Source: Octopus bimaculoides
Taxonomy: Eukaryota
DNA length: 36,109 nt
Direction of reading: 5' to 3'
NCBI RefSeq assembly: GCF_001194135.2
Contig: NC_069002.1
Coordinates: forward strand, 3,877,197-3,913,305
The notes under the pieces were generated by a model that worked only from the letters and a program-made list of their open reading frames with translations, made no database searches and was not told the origin of the DNA. The translations under genes and the position numbers were made by a program. Shown here one piece after another: positions 10,063 through 32,085 of the stretch. Numbering within the stretch: the first letter of the stretch is position 1; each line of letters starts with the position of its first letter.

Positions 10063-10185
10063 TAACAAGGAATTAAATTGACCCCGAAAGGATGAAAGGC
10101 AAAGACAACCTCAGCGGAATTTGAACTCAGAGTGTTAAGACAGACGCAATGCCACTCAGCATTTTTCCCAGCATGCTAATGAATG
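10063..10185 (-). mobile_element. tRNA-derived SINE family B fragment
   Basis: GACCCCGAAAGGATGAAAGGCAAAG..CCTCAGCGGAATTTGAACTCAG; on the minus strand this carries a B-box-like GAGTTCAAATTCC. Confidence 0.8.
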
Positions 10186-11361
10186 ACTAAGCAAAATGCT
10201 GGCATTATATAATAATGTTGTGTAGAAGTAGAACACCCCTATTGGTCGGCTCCTTATGGACTGTGCCACAATATAAATGGACGTACGCAGAGAGCCTTCA
10301 GAGCAGTGTCAAGTAGGGTGAAGCTGAGAGTTGTGTATTGTTGAGGGTTATTACCAGTATCCTGAGTAGAATGGTTTGTGAGGACGTCATCAATGTCCCG
10401 TTATATTATACATCGAACATATAATACATCGATGCAACAAATAATAAAGCCAACTTGGACAGGATTGCAATCTGGATTGTAAAGCAATTTATCTGGTGCA
10501 CTATTGATTCTGCTCAAAACATAAATTTATGGAAAATAATAACAAAACAATGTTTTTTTATTGAAAACTATATATTATTTATTTTATTTTTTCCTTTTGA
10601 GATTGCAAGATACAACCACATACATACATTTATATACATATTTAAATACATGCACACATATCCATATGAATTTACACACACACACACACACGCGTACGTG
10701 CATGCATTTTCACACGTACACAAAAAATAACATTAATTATTAGTTGATATTTTCGTGTAAATTAATATATTAACTGACTTAACACTACAAATAGGGTAAG
10801 CAATATTTGAATAGGGGTGAGAGGGGGATGAATATGCGTCACTCTCACCACCGGTCAAGCAGAGAAAATATTTATTACAATATTCAAGTTGACTACTTTT
10901 CCATTACTCCAAATTTCTTGCTGAATGGGCAATCAGCAGGTTTTAATGTCAGCAGGTAGGTGTATCAGCAAAAAAAAACAAAAAAAGTGTTTCCAATGTC
11001 AATGGGCTTCTTTCAATAACATTCAGCATCACATGATACCACACAGTAAACTTTAGGTTTGACTTATTTATATCAGATGGTCAAATGCATCAAAAAAATA
11101 TTCCTAATACTAAGTTTTTCCATTGCTTTTCAACAGTACAAGACAGTAGGCTGTAAACTACCAGTCAATCTTGTTAAAATCTTGGATTTCGATTTGATTC
11201 TATTGCTCCGTCATAGTTTGTCAGACATTTTCCATCCAAAAGATAGTTCTTGTTAGTCCTACAGTTACACTCAATCTTTAGAGTGTGATACAAATTGGCT
11301 TCCAAAGTTTACTCTTTATAATACAGCTAATTTTTCATACAGTTATAATTGGTTTTGATAT

Positions 11362-11480
11362 TCATCATCATCATCATCATTTAAAGTCTGCCTTCCATGC
11401 TGGCATGGGTTGGACATTTTGACAGGAGCCAGCCAAGTAGAAGATGATACTAGACTTCTGTGTCTGTTTTGACATGGTTG
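11362..11480 (-). mobile_element. RTE-tail element fragment
   Basis: (CAT)n-TTTAAAGTCTGCCTTCCATGCTGGCATGGGTTGGAC; same family as 2034-2285. Confidence 0.7.
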
Positions 11481-11804
11481 TTAAAACAGTATATAGTACT
11501 TGTAATTGTTTAGGAAGTGTTTTTATTTCTCAATTTTTTTCTTTTAATTAGAACTAAAAATTGTTAGCAATGTTTCATAGTAATCATTCGAAATTTTTAT
11601 TAACCCAAAAATTTTAAAATCAAATGATGTTGCATTTTCTGCTTTTTTTTTAATGCCATTTTTCCTTCTATTTTAGTAAGTAATAATTAATTTTGATAAG
11701 ATTTCTTTTCGTTCACTTACAATAGCTGCTGTTCCATTAAGAAAATAAAGTAATAGAAAAATCATACTTAATAATAATAATAATAATTATAATTATTATT
11801 ATTT

Positions 11805-11912
11805 CTAGCACAGGGTCAATCATTACCATCAATCCCAGTACATGACTGGTACTTTATTTTATCAGCCCCTAAAAGTATGAAAGGCAAAGCTGACCTCGGC
11901 AGGAACTGAACA
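11805..11912 (-). mobile_element. SINE family B fragment
   Basis: ACTGGTACTTTATTTTATC..ATGAAAGGCAAAGCTGACCTCGGC next to (AAT)n. Confidence 0.7.
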
Positions 11913-12018
11913 TAATAATAATAACATTTCCATCATCTACATATTAATGATAACATGTATATATAAACACACACATACACACACAAACTGGAACTCTCAC
12001 ACATAATTTCAACATCTG

Positions 12019-12024
12019 TTTATT
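12019..12024 (-). terminator. Candidate polyadenylation signal (AATAAA) of the IP3-kinase gene
   Basis: AATAAA on the minus strand ~530 nt after the stop, followed ~25 nt later by a GU-rich tract (GTGAGAGTTCCAGTTTGTGTGTGT). Confidence 0.5.
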
Positions 12025-12079
12025 ATTATCATTGAATGCATTTTATAATTTTAGATTCTTTTGATTGTATTATCTGGTT

Positions 12080-12320
12080 TACCTATCTCATATGTATACA
12101 CACACACATGTACATACAGATACATATATAAATATACATACACACACACTGACAGACAGACATACATATATATGCATATATATGCATGTGTGTGTTGTGT
12201 GAGTGTATACACACACATATATACATATAAGCATACATATACATTCACATATATACATAAGTATGTACGTATATATATATATAGATATACACACACACAT
12301 ACATGTATATNNNNNNNNNN

Positions 12321-12382
<62 letters not shown>

Positions 12383-12430
12383 GCACGCACACATACACAT
12401 GCACACACTGTCAGCATGTGTGTGTGTATG
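12080..12430. repeat. (TA)/(CA)/(TG) microsatellite block with a 10-N gap (12311-12320) in the kinase 3' UTR
   Basis: Directly visible. Confidence 0.9.
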
Positions 12431-12553
12431 TCTGGAATGATGATTATCAAATTTGATTGGTAAACTTCAAAGACATTGCCTTTCTGCATAGGGGTTCTAT
12501 ATGGAAATGCTGCTCCTAGTTTGAGGGGACACACAGACAGTCTACAATGACAT

Positions 12554-24017
<11,464 letters not shown>

Positions 24018-24529
24018 GGTAAAAACAATTCCAAGATTATTCCATTAATAACTTCCTTCACCAGTAATGAGATCTTATTGGAAGTGGGAAGGACAGGGAC
24101 TGGTTGATTTAGAACATACAGTGGTGGTGAGGAGGACACTGCTGACCGTTTCTTAACAACGACAAGAGATGACAACGGGTGCGTCATATAACCTCTTTTT
24201 TTTTAGAAAGAGCAGTTAAATTTCCTCCGGTGTGTTGGAAAAGGAATGAGAACCAGCACTAGATGTATATAATGTCTGAACTAAAGACTGTCACGGTTAG
24301 AACGTCTTTGATCGTAGATTTCTCTGCTGGATCTGAAGAGATTTCAGGTTAAGCAGCAGCAGCAGTGGTAGTAGTAGTAGTAGAGGTAGTAGTCGTAGTC
24401 GTAGTAATAAACTAAACAACACAATTAGTTTGCTGCGATTGTATTTGCCAGATCTCAAAACAAGAATAGAGTTATAAGTGAGTGTGGTGATGGTGGGAGA
24501 GACAGAAGGAGACAGAAGGAGAGAAAGAG

Positions 24530-24540
24530 AGAGAGAGGGA

Positions 24541-24630
<90 letters not shown>
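24530..24630. repeat. (GA)n microsatellite
   Basis: ~100 nt of near-pure GA. Confidence 0.97.
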
Positions 24631-24634
<4 letters not shown>

Positions 24635-24959
24635 GAGAATATTAAACAGCAGCAGCTGTATGATAAAGCTATTGGTTGCTGTGTTGAAATGTGTTTGGTT
24701 TCCTCTCTCAGAACAATAACACCAACAACAACAATAAGATAAACAACACAAAGACCAATAACAAACAAGTCTGTATACAGCTAGAAATAGCAACCAAATC
24801 CCCCTGGATTCACACCCTATCATCTTAACCCTTTCTTTACTATAATTTCTAATAATTCTAACCATGACCACTCCTTTTACTTTCTCCCAGGCAGTGTATC
24901 TAAAACTACATTGCGTAATATGTCCTTCTCTTTTGCAGGCAACACATTGTGATTTGAGA

Positions 24960-25315
24960 GGGACTTGGCTGCTATTTTTAGATGGGTTGGGCGTTTTGAT
25001 TGAGAGTTGGCAAACCAGAAGGCTGCACCAGGCTCCAATCCAATCTGGCAATGTTTCTACAGCTTGATGCCCTTCCTAACACCAACCACTTAGAGAGTGT
25101 AGTGGGTGCTTTTTAGGTGCCACCAGCACAAGGGCCAGTCAGGCGACACTGACAACGTTCACGCTTGAATGGTGCTGTTTAAGTGCCACCAGCAAGGGAC
25201 CAGTCAGCCGGCACTCGCAGCTTGAATGGTACTTTTTACATGCCATGACACAGGAACCAGTCAGGCGGCACTGACAACGTTCACGCTCGAATGGTGCTTT
25301 TTACATGCCACCAGC
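24960..25315 (-). mobile_element. RTE-tail element with internal duplicated units
   Basis: GGGTTGG..GGCTGCACCAGGCTCCAATC..GATGCCCTTCCTAACACCAACCAC..; repeated CAGTCAGGCG(A/G)CACTGACAACGTTCACGCT. Confidence 0.8.
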
Positions 25316-25339
25316 ACAATAATAATGATGATGATAATA

Positions 25340-25552
25340 ATAATAATAATCCCTTCTTTACAGGCACAAAGCCTGTAATTTTTATGGAGAGGGAGCTAAT
25401 TGATTACATCAACCTCAGTGATCAACTGGTGTTTATTTTATCGACCCCAAAGACAAAATCAATGCCAGTGACATTTGAAACTCAGAACATGAAGACAGAC
25501 AAAATGCTGCTAAACATTTTGTCCAGCACAGTAACAATTCTGCCAGCACAAT
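25340..25552 (-). mobile_element. SINE family B copy
   Basis: Tail after (AAT)n; ATCGACCCC; TTTGAAACTCAGAAC; CATTTTGTCCAGC..ATTCTGCCAGC. Confidence 0.8.
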
Positions 25553-25823
25553 GGTTAATACTTTAAGTGCTGAGATGGCTGAGATAAGAACAAGTATTGT
25601 ATTTTTTATTCCTCTTTTTTTTTTTCTTGTTTGTTTTATTAATTATAAATAACCCAGGATAGATTTCAAGTGATGGCTTAGATGAAGCGGATAAGAACAG
25701 ATTTCATTGTTTTAAATCAAGCAATACAGAATGGATTTCATTGGCGTGTTTAGATGAGAGTGATAAGAATGTATTTCATTGACGTGTTGTAGGAAGTAAG
25801 TTATTTTAGTGGGTTTTACTCAC

Positions 25824-25936
25824 AGGATTGAGGACAGGAAATCGTACAGTAGAATCCATCGTATGAAGAGTAGTGGTTGAAACAATATTCAGATCAGATG
25901 ACAGAATTCAATAAGGTCATTGTATTTATATCACAG
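25824..25936 (-). other. Candidate upstream (5' UTR or alternative N-terminal) exon of the IP3-kinase, 113 nt
   Basis: Long pyrimidine tract plus AAG acceptor, strong donor CCT|GTGAGT. Contains ATG 25859 encoding MDSTVRFPVLNP, ending in phase 0. Confidence 0.45.
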
Positions 25937-26079
25937 CTTTTTAAAAGAGAAAAAGAAAGAAAAGAAAAAATATAAGATTACAAATTCATTGAAAAAAAAA
26001 AGCAGAAAAAAAAACAGCATCAAATACCATTCAACTTTTGAATGAACAAAAATATTCCAAACCAAATTTAAGAGCATAA

Positions 26080-26135
26080 ACAACAACTACAAAACAACAA
26101 CAACAACAACAACAACAATAATAATAATAATAATA

Positions 26136-26170
<35 letters not shown>
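26080..26170. repeat. Compound (CAA)/(TAA)/(TGA) microsatellite
   Basis: Directly visible; probably the tail of the adjacent minus-strand LINE. Confidence 0.9.
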
Positions 26171-26172
<2 letters not shown>

Positions 26173-26520
26173 CAGTTATTTGCCACAAGGGCAAAGGAAA
26201 AGAGGGACAATACAAAGACAGACATAAAGTGTAGGGGTTTACATATAATAATGAAATGATAAAAAAAACATTAAAAAAATAAAGTATACAGTGGAAAAGA
26301 AGGGACATATGCATAGCATACAAAGGTAAGAAAAATGTGGGGGGATGATAGAGATGTGGCCCTCCTGATACAGGAAGGCCTCTAGGGATAATCGAGGAAC
26401 CCCACTGTCCGAGATTTCCCTGAAACTCCAAGAGCAAGCGCCCTCTCCAATTTCTTCCCTCTGCCTCACAGGTCTACACTTAGAGAGAGGTACCATCCAC
26501 TCCTGCCATTTTCGCAACAA
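26170..26520 (-). mobile_element. Possible L1/Tx1-like LINE 3' end
   Basis: Minus strand ..VAKMAGVDGTSL* resembles ORF2 C-termini of octopus Tx1-like elements (from recall), followed by a 3' UTR and a microsatellite tail. Confidence 0.4.
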
Positions 26521-26900
26521 TGGTTTCAAATTTTAGCAGAGGGCCAGCTGTTTTTGAGTGGAAGGGGAAGTTGATTGCATCGACCCCAGTCCTCAGCCGG
26601 AACTAACCAACCCTAAGAGGATTTAAAAAGGAAAGGCACAAGGCTATCAATTTGTGAAGGGAGGCAGCAAGTTAATACCATCGGCCCCCCCCCCAGCATT
26701 AAGACTGATACTTTATTTTATGGACCCGGAAAAGATGAACAGCAAATTTGACCTAAGTGGGATTTGAACACTGAACATAAAGAATTTGAAAATAATAATA
26801 ATAATTTCAAATTTTGGCATGAAACAAGTAATTTCAGGGGTGGGGGTAAGTCAATTACATCGACCACAGTATTCAACTGGTATTCATTTTATCAACCCCA
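26520..26900 (-). mobile_element. Cluster of three SINE family B fragments
   Basis: Repeated (T/C)ATCG(A/G)CCCC, ACTTTATTT, GATTTGAAC and TTCAAATTTTGGCA blocks. Confidence 0.7.
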
Positions 26901-27079
26901 AAAGGGTAGCAGCTACACTTTCAGCGCACCCTCCCCCACTACTAACTTGGTCACCTAGATAGCAGAAGCTATCAACTATGTCTAGTTTTTCTCCCTGGAA
27001 TGTGGCAGTTGTTGTTTTCTGTGCATTTACAGTGTTTAGCATGACTGAATGAAATGCAGACAGGATACACTAGCCTAGA

Positions 27080-27612
27080 AGAGATTACAATCTCTGAATC
27101 AAAATCAGTGATTTGAACTCAAAAGGCAACGACATGAGTAATGATGTATCTTTCCAGGTGCGTATTACCAAGTTGGCAATAAAATGCAGACAGCTGGCCG
27201 GATGAACCCTGACAACTTTCAGAATGGAAGAACAGGAAACCATGATGGTCCTCTCGAGGACATTTATCCTCAGCTGTTTAGACTACTGCTCCCAACTACA
27301 GTCTCTGCACGGTGTAAAATTTACGACAGATCTTGAAGCAATCCAGCAAAGTTACACAAAGAAGATCGTCTCAATATGACATGTCAGCTACTGGGTGAGA
27401 CTGGAAAAGTTAAGACTCTACTCCCTAGAATAAAGCTGGAAAAGATATGTAGTGATACACATTTGGAAAATTCTAGAACTTGTACCAAATTTTCACATTG
27501 AAAGTTACACAAAAAGCAGAATGGGACACTACTGCATAGTGCCAAAAATCTCAACATTGCCATCAGGATACAGGACCAGATACTGCAAAAACTTAGATTT
27601 CAAGAGACCGAC
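27080..27612 (+). mobile_element. CR1/L2-group LINE ORF2 3' fragment (degenerate)
   Basis: ..RQLAG..TFR..QETMMVLSRTFILSCLDYCSQL..LEAIQQSYTKKI..VSYWVRLEKLRLYSLE..IHIWKIL..VPNF..: the DYCSQLW-like and RL..L.LYSLE motifs of CR1-group elements. Confidence 0.8.
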
Positions 27613-27735
27613 AGAATAAGTACCAGGTTTCGAAAGAAAATAAGTAGTGGAGGAGGGGTCAATTAGTTCAGTGAAAATTCCTTAATGTGGTGCCCCAGCA
27701 TGGCTGCAGTCTAATGACTGAACCAAGTAAAAGAC
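27612..27735 (+). mobile_element. SINE family A 3' end
   Basis: AGAATAAGTACCAGG..GTGCCCCAGCATGGCTGCAGTCTAATGACTGAACCAAGTAAAAG. Confidence 0.75.
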
Positions 27736-28164
27736 ATAGGAGAGCATGTGTGCATGATCACATACACACACATTCATAGAGACACACTCCCACACAAACA
27801 TATTTGTCTGAATTGACATGTCCATATATACACACACAGACACTTACTCCCACACACGGACACATTCTACATTCATAGAATGTCAATGAGTAAATTCTTT
27901 GAGAATACACTTTGCGATATCAGGAGGAGGAGAAGAAGAAGGGGGTGGGGGAGGAGAAGAAGAAGAAGAAGAAGAAAAAACAACAACAACAAAACAAGTT
28001 TCCAAACTCAGAAACAATTCTTCGCTGTTCAAGACCGAAATAAAAGTGAACCAATGGATGTTCATGATGTGTGTCTGTTGCCTGAGGAAGAAGAGGTGTG
28101 AGAATTGTAACAGTTGTAGACCAAGACAACACTTCACCTTTCTTATGACGTCTTTTGGTGCTTC

Positions 28165-28205
<41 letters not shown>

Positions 28206-28295
28206 CTCTAAAATGTATACATTCAAACACACTAATATACATACATATACATATCCTCTTCAGTATACATACATAGATAAAGAAAGTGTGTGTGC

Positions 28296-28326
<31 letters not shown>

Positions 28327-28472
28327 GGGACTCTCTTGAAATGGCTTCCAAAAGTGCACATATATTCTCCTCTTCAAAATGTATACACTTATACACATGT
28401 ACAGACCTACAAACACACACATAGGACATTCACAAACACACATATCTATACACACACAAATATATAAGCATA

Positions 28473-28519
<47 letters not shown>

Positions 28520-29286
28520 NNNNNNNNNNNNNNNNNNNNNNNNNNNNNNNNNNNNNNNNNNNNNNNNNNNNNNNNNNNNNNNNNNNNNNNNNNNNNNNNN
28601 NNNNNNNNNNNNNNNNNNNNNNNNNNNNNNNNNNNNNNNNNNNNNNNNNNNNNNNNNNNNNNNNNNNNNNNNNNNNNNNNNNNNNNNNNNNNNNNNNNNN
28701 NNNNNNNNNNNNNNNNNNNNNNNNNNNNNNNNNNNNNNNNNNNNNNNNNNNNNNNNNNNNNNNNNNNNNNNNNNNNNNNNNNNNNNNNNNNNNNNNNNNN
28801 NNNNNNNNNNNNNNNNNNNNNNNNNNNNNNNNNNNNNNNNNNNNNNNNNNNNNNNNNNNNNNNNNNNNNNNNNNNNNNNNNNNNNNNNNNNNNNNNNNNN
28901 NNNNNNNNNNNNNNNNNNNNNNNNNNNNNNNNNNNNNNNNNNNNNNNNNNNNNNNNNNNNNNNNNNNNNNNNNNNNNNNNNNNNNNNNNNNNNNNNNNNN
29001 NNNNNNNNNNNNNNNNNNNNNNNNNNNNNNNNNNNNNNNNNNNNNNNNNNNNNNNNNNNNNNNNNNNNNNNNNNNNNNNNNNNNNNNNNNNNNNNNNNNN
29101 NNNNNNNNNNNNNNNNNNNNNNNNNNNNNNNNNNNNNNNNNNNNNNNNNNNNNNNNNNNNNNNNNNNNNNNNNNNNNNNNNNNNNNNNNNNNNNNNNNNN
29201 NNNNNNNNNNNNNNNNNNNNNNNNNNNNNNNNNNNNNNNNNNNNNNNNNNNNNNNNNNNNNNNNNNNNNNNNNNNNNNNNNNNNNN
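28520..29286. other. Assembly gap flanked by (TA)n
   Basis: N run. Confidence 0.99.
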
Positions 29287-29703
29287 TATATATATGTACA
29301 TATTTATGTATAAACATCATCATCATTGTTTAACATCCGTTTTCCATGCTGAATATTTTTCGCAAAACTACTTGGATAGCACACATACACACATACATAC
29401 ATACACACATACATACATACAAAAATATGTGTATAGCTATAAATATACACACACGAATCCACACACATACATTTACAAACATTTGTGCATCGTTGCAGTA
29501 TGTGTGTGTGTATGCATGTATGTATACATACATACACAATCAAACCCCATACACATATTGCAACTTTTCTGAATCAAAATAAACACTGTACTCTACTTTT
29601 CAGTATTGAGTGCTTCTTCAGAGTTTATCTTCATATTTATACCTAACATGCATACATGTGTATATAAAAGCAAAACATGAATACCCAGATTGTATATACA
29701 CTT

Positions 29704-29859
29704 ACACTGCTACGAGAGCATTTTGCATGGCACTGCTATGAGCGCATTTTGCGTAGCACCGCTATGAGTGCTTTCTGTGTGGCACCGCTACAAGTGCGTT
29801 TTGTGTGGCACTGCTATGAGTGCATATGGCGTGGCGCTGATACAAGTGCTTTTTACATG
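29704..29859. repeat. 26-bp minisatellite x6 (consensus GCACTGCTATGAGTGCATTTTGCGTG)
   Basis: Units start at 29704, 29730, 29756, 29782, 29808 and 29834; contiguous, no spacers. Confidence 0.9.
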
Positions 29860-29864
29860 GCCTC

Positions 29865-29977
29865 AGCACAAAACTCTTACAGGTCAATCCTCAGTGCTGT
29901 GAGGGCTGGTCTCTGCAGTCAAAATGTTAAAACCAGTCCCACCAGTGGTGAGGATTGACCCACAAGAGTCCTGTGCT
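29865..29977. repeat. Inverted repeat (46-bp arms, 21-nt loop), MITE- or hairpin-like
   Basis: AGCACAAAACTCTTACAGGTCAATCCTCA..CTGGT (29865-29910) pairs with ACCAG..TGAGGATTGACCCACAAGAGTCCTGTGCT (29932-29977). Confidence 0.85.
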
Positions 29978-29984
29978 ATACCAT

Positions 29985-30125
29985 ATAAAAATTACTTGTG
30001 GTGGTGTCACATAAAAGTGCCCAACCAGTGCCACATAAAAGCACCCAGCACACACTGTAAAGTGGTTGGCATTAGGAAGGGAATCCAGCCATAGAAACCA
30101 TACCAAATCAGACTGGAGCCTGAGA
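29985..30125 (+). mobile_element. RTE-tail element fragment (plus orientation)
   Basis: GTGCCACATAAAAGCACCCAG..GTGGTTGGCATTAGGAAGGGAATCCAGC..GAAAC is the reverse complement of the other copies. Confidence 0.8.
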
Positions 30126-30199
30126 CTTAGCTGGAGCTTTATTACTTTTCCTTATTAAAATATTGCATAATGAAATCGGTTCATTCTTGAATAACTCTG

Positions 30200-31022
30200 N
30201 NNNNNNNNNNNNNNNNNNNNNNNNNNNNNNNNNNNNNNNNNNNNNNNNNNNNNNNNNNNNNNNNNNNNNNNNNNNNNNNNNNNNNNNNNNNNNNNNNNNN
30301 NNNNNNNNNNNNNNNNNNNNNNNNNNNNNNNNNNNNNNNNNNNNNNNNNNNNNNNNNNNNNNNNNNNNNNNNNNNNNNNNNNNNNNNNNNNNNNNNNNNN
30401 NNNNNNNNNNNNNNNNNNNNNNNNNNNNNNNNNNNNNNNNNNNNNNNNNNNNNNNNNNNNNNNNNNNNNNNNNNNNNNNNNNNNNNNNNNNNNNNNNNNN
30501 NNNNNNNNNNNNNNNNNNNNNNNNNNNNNNNNNNNNNNNNNNNNNNNNNNNNNNNNNNNNNNNNNNNNNNNNNNNNNNNNNNNNNNNNNNNNNNNNNNNN
30601 NNNNNNNNNNNNNNNNNNNNNNNNNNNNNNNNNNNNNNNNNNNNNNNNNNNNNNNNNNNNNNNNNNNNNNNNNNNNNNNNNNNNNNNNNNNNNNNNNNNN
30701 NNNNNNNNNNNNNNNNNNNNNNNNNNNNNNNNNNNNNNNNNNNNNNNNNNNNNNNNNNNNNNNNNNNNNNNNNNNNNNNNNNNNNNNNNNNNNNNNNNNN
30801 NNNNNNNNNNNNNNNNNNNNNNNNNNNNNNNNNNNNNNNNNNNNNNNNNNNNNNNNNNNNNNNNNNNNNNNNNNNNNNNNNNNNNNNNNNNNNNNNNNNN
30901 NNNNNNNNNNNNNNNNNNNNNNNNNNNNNNNNNNNNNNNNNNNNNNNNNNNNNNNNNNNNNNNNNNNNNNNNNNNNNNNNNNNNNNNNNNNNNNNNNNNN
31001 NNNNNNNNNNNNNNNNNNNNNN
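30200..31022. other. Assembly gap
   Basis: N run, followed by a 30-bp tandem unit ACACACACAAACATATATATATATAAGTGC. Confidence 0.99.
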
Positions 31023-31100
31023 ACACACACAAACATATATATATATAAGTGCACACACACAAACATATATATATATAAGTGCACACACACAAACATACAT

Positions 31101-31149
<49 letters not shown>

Positions 31150-31739
31150 CGCACATGTATATATATATATATATAGACACACATCTATATAAGGATTCAT
31201 CTGATAAGGAAAAAAAAGAACAAAGGAAAGGAAAAAAAATATAAAAGACAAAAATTAGCAAGGAATTGTTGTCGAAGGAGTTCTAGAATAATCTATGAAT
31301 GAGAAAAGTGTTCTGTTTCATTGGAGACTATCTCTTCTCAATCTATTTGATTACTTCCTACACACCCTGGCATTCAATCGAATGACATTTTAACAATGAT
31401 ATTATACAAACATCCTGTTTTAATGCTAACACAGTTTGAACTTACACAACAGGATTTCAAAGTCTCTCATCACCTCAAGCCATTCAAGACAATCCTGCCT
31501 CCTCTTCACCTCCACTTCTTTTCTTTTAATAGGACAGGAGGTGATGGTCTTGAGAATTGTTGGTCGGGGTGTGGGAAGCGGGGGGGATGCCAATTAACTG
31601 ACCTTGTCTTCTTCAGTGCCCACTTCATTTCCTACTTTTAAACACACACACACACACACACACTCACAAGAATATCTTTTTCTCTCTCCCACACAATCTC
31701 TCATTTCCTCTTACAAGCTCACACATACACACACACACA

Positions 31740-31890
31740 GAGGTGTGGTTGTGTGGTAAGAAGCTTGCTTCCCAACCACAAGGTTCCAGGTTCAGTCTCA
31801 CTGCATGGCACCTTGGGCAAGTGTCTTCTGTAGCCTCAAGCTGACTAAAGTCTTGTGATTGGATTTGGTAGATGGAAACTGAAAGAAGCT
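31740..31890 (+). mobile_element. SINE family A (5' half)
   Basis: GGTGTGGTTGTGTGGTAAGAAGCTTGCTTCCCAACCAC..GGCACCTTGGGCAAGTGTCTTCT..GGAAACTGAAAGAAGC. Confidence 0.88.
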
Positions 31891-31924
31891 CATCATATAT
31901 ATCTATATACATAAATGGCAATTT

Positions 31925-32085
31925 CAGTCTGTCTGTCTGATCTATCTGTTACCATGTTGCTCCCTACACCAGTGAACCAATTTTGATGAAACTTTGCATA
32001 CATGTTAAACTAACATCCAGTTGAATTATAGACTAATAGGATTTCAATGAAAATTCATAATGGGTCCCCTATGGGGTGCTGTAGC
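31925..32085 (+). mobile_element. Possible Helentron-associated (DINE-1/HINE-like) fragment
   Basis: (GTCT)3 microsatellite followed by CCAATTTTGATGAAACTTTGCATACATGTT, the layout typical of DINE-1/HINE cores. Confidence 0.45.

Noticed and set aside
27880-28160. ORFs with poly-R/E/P/S runs (27880-28276)
   Set aside because: They derive from (GAA)/(GGA)/(CAA) simple repeats; no splice-site pair or homology was found.
29704-29859. CRISPR-like appearance of 26-bp palindromic repeats
   Set aside because: The units are contiguous with no unique spacers, there are no cas genes, and the context is eukaryotic.
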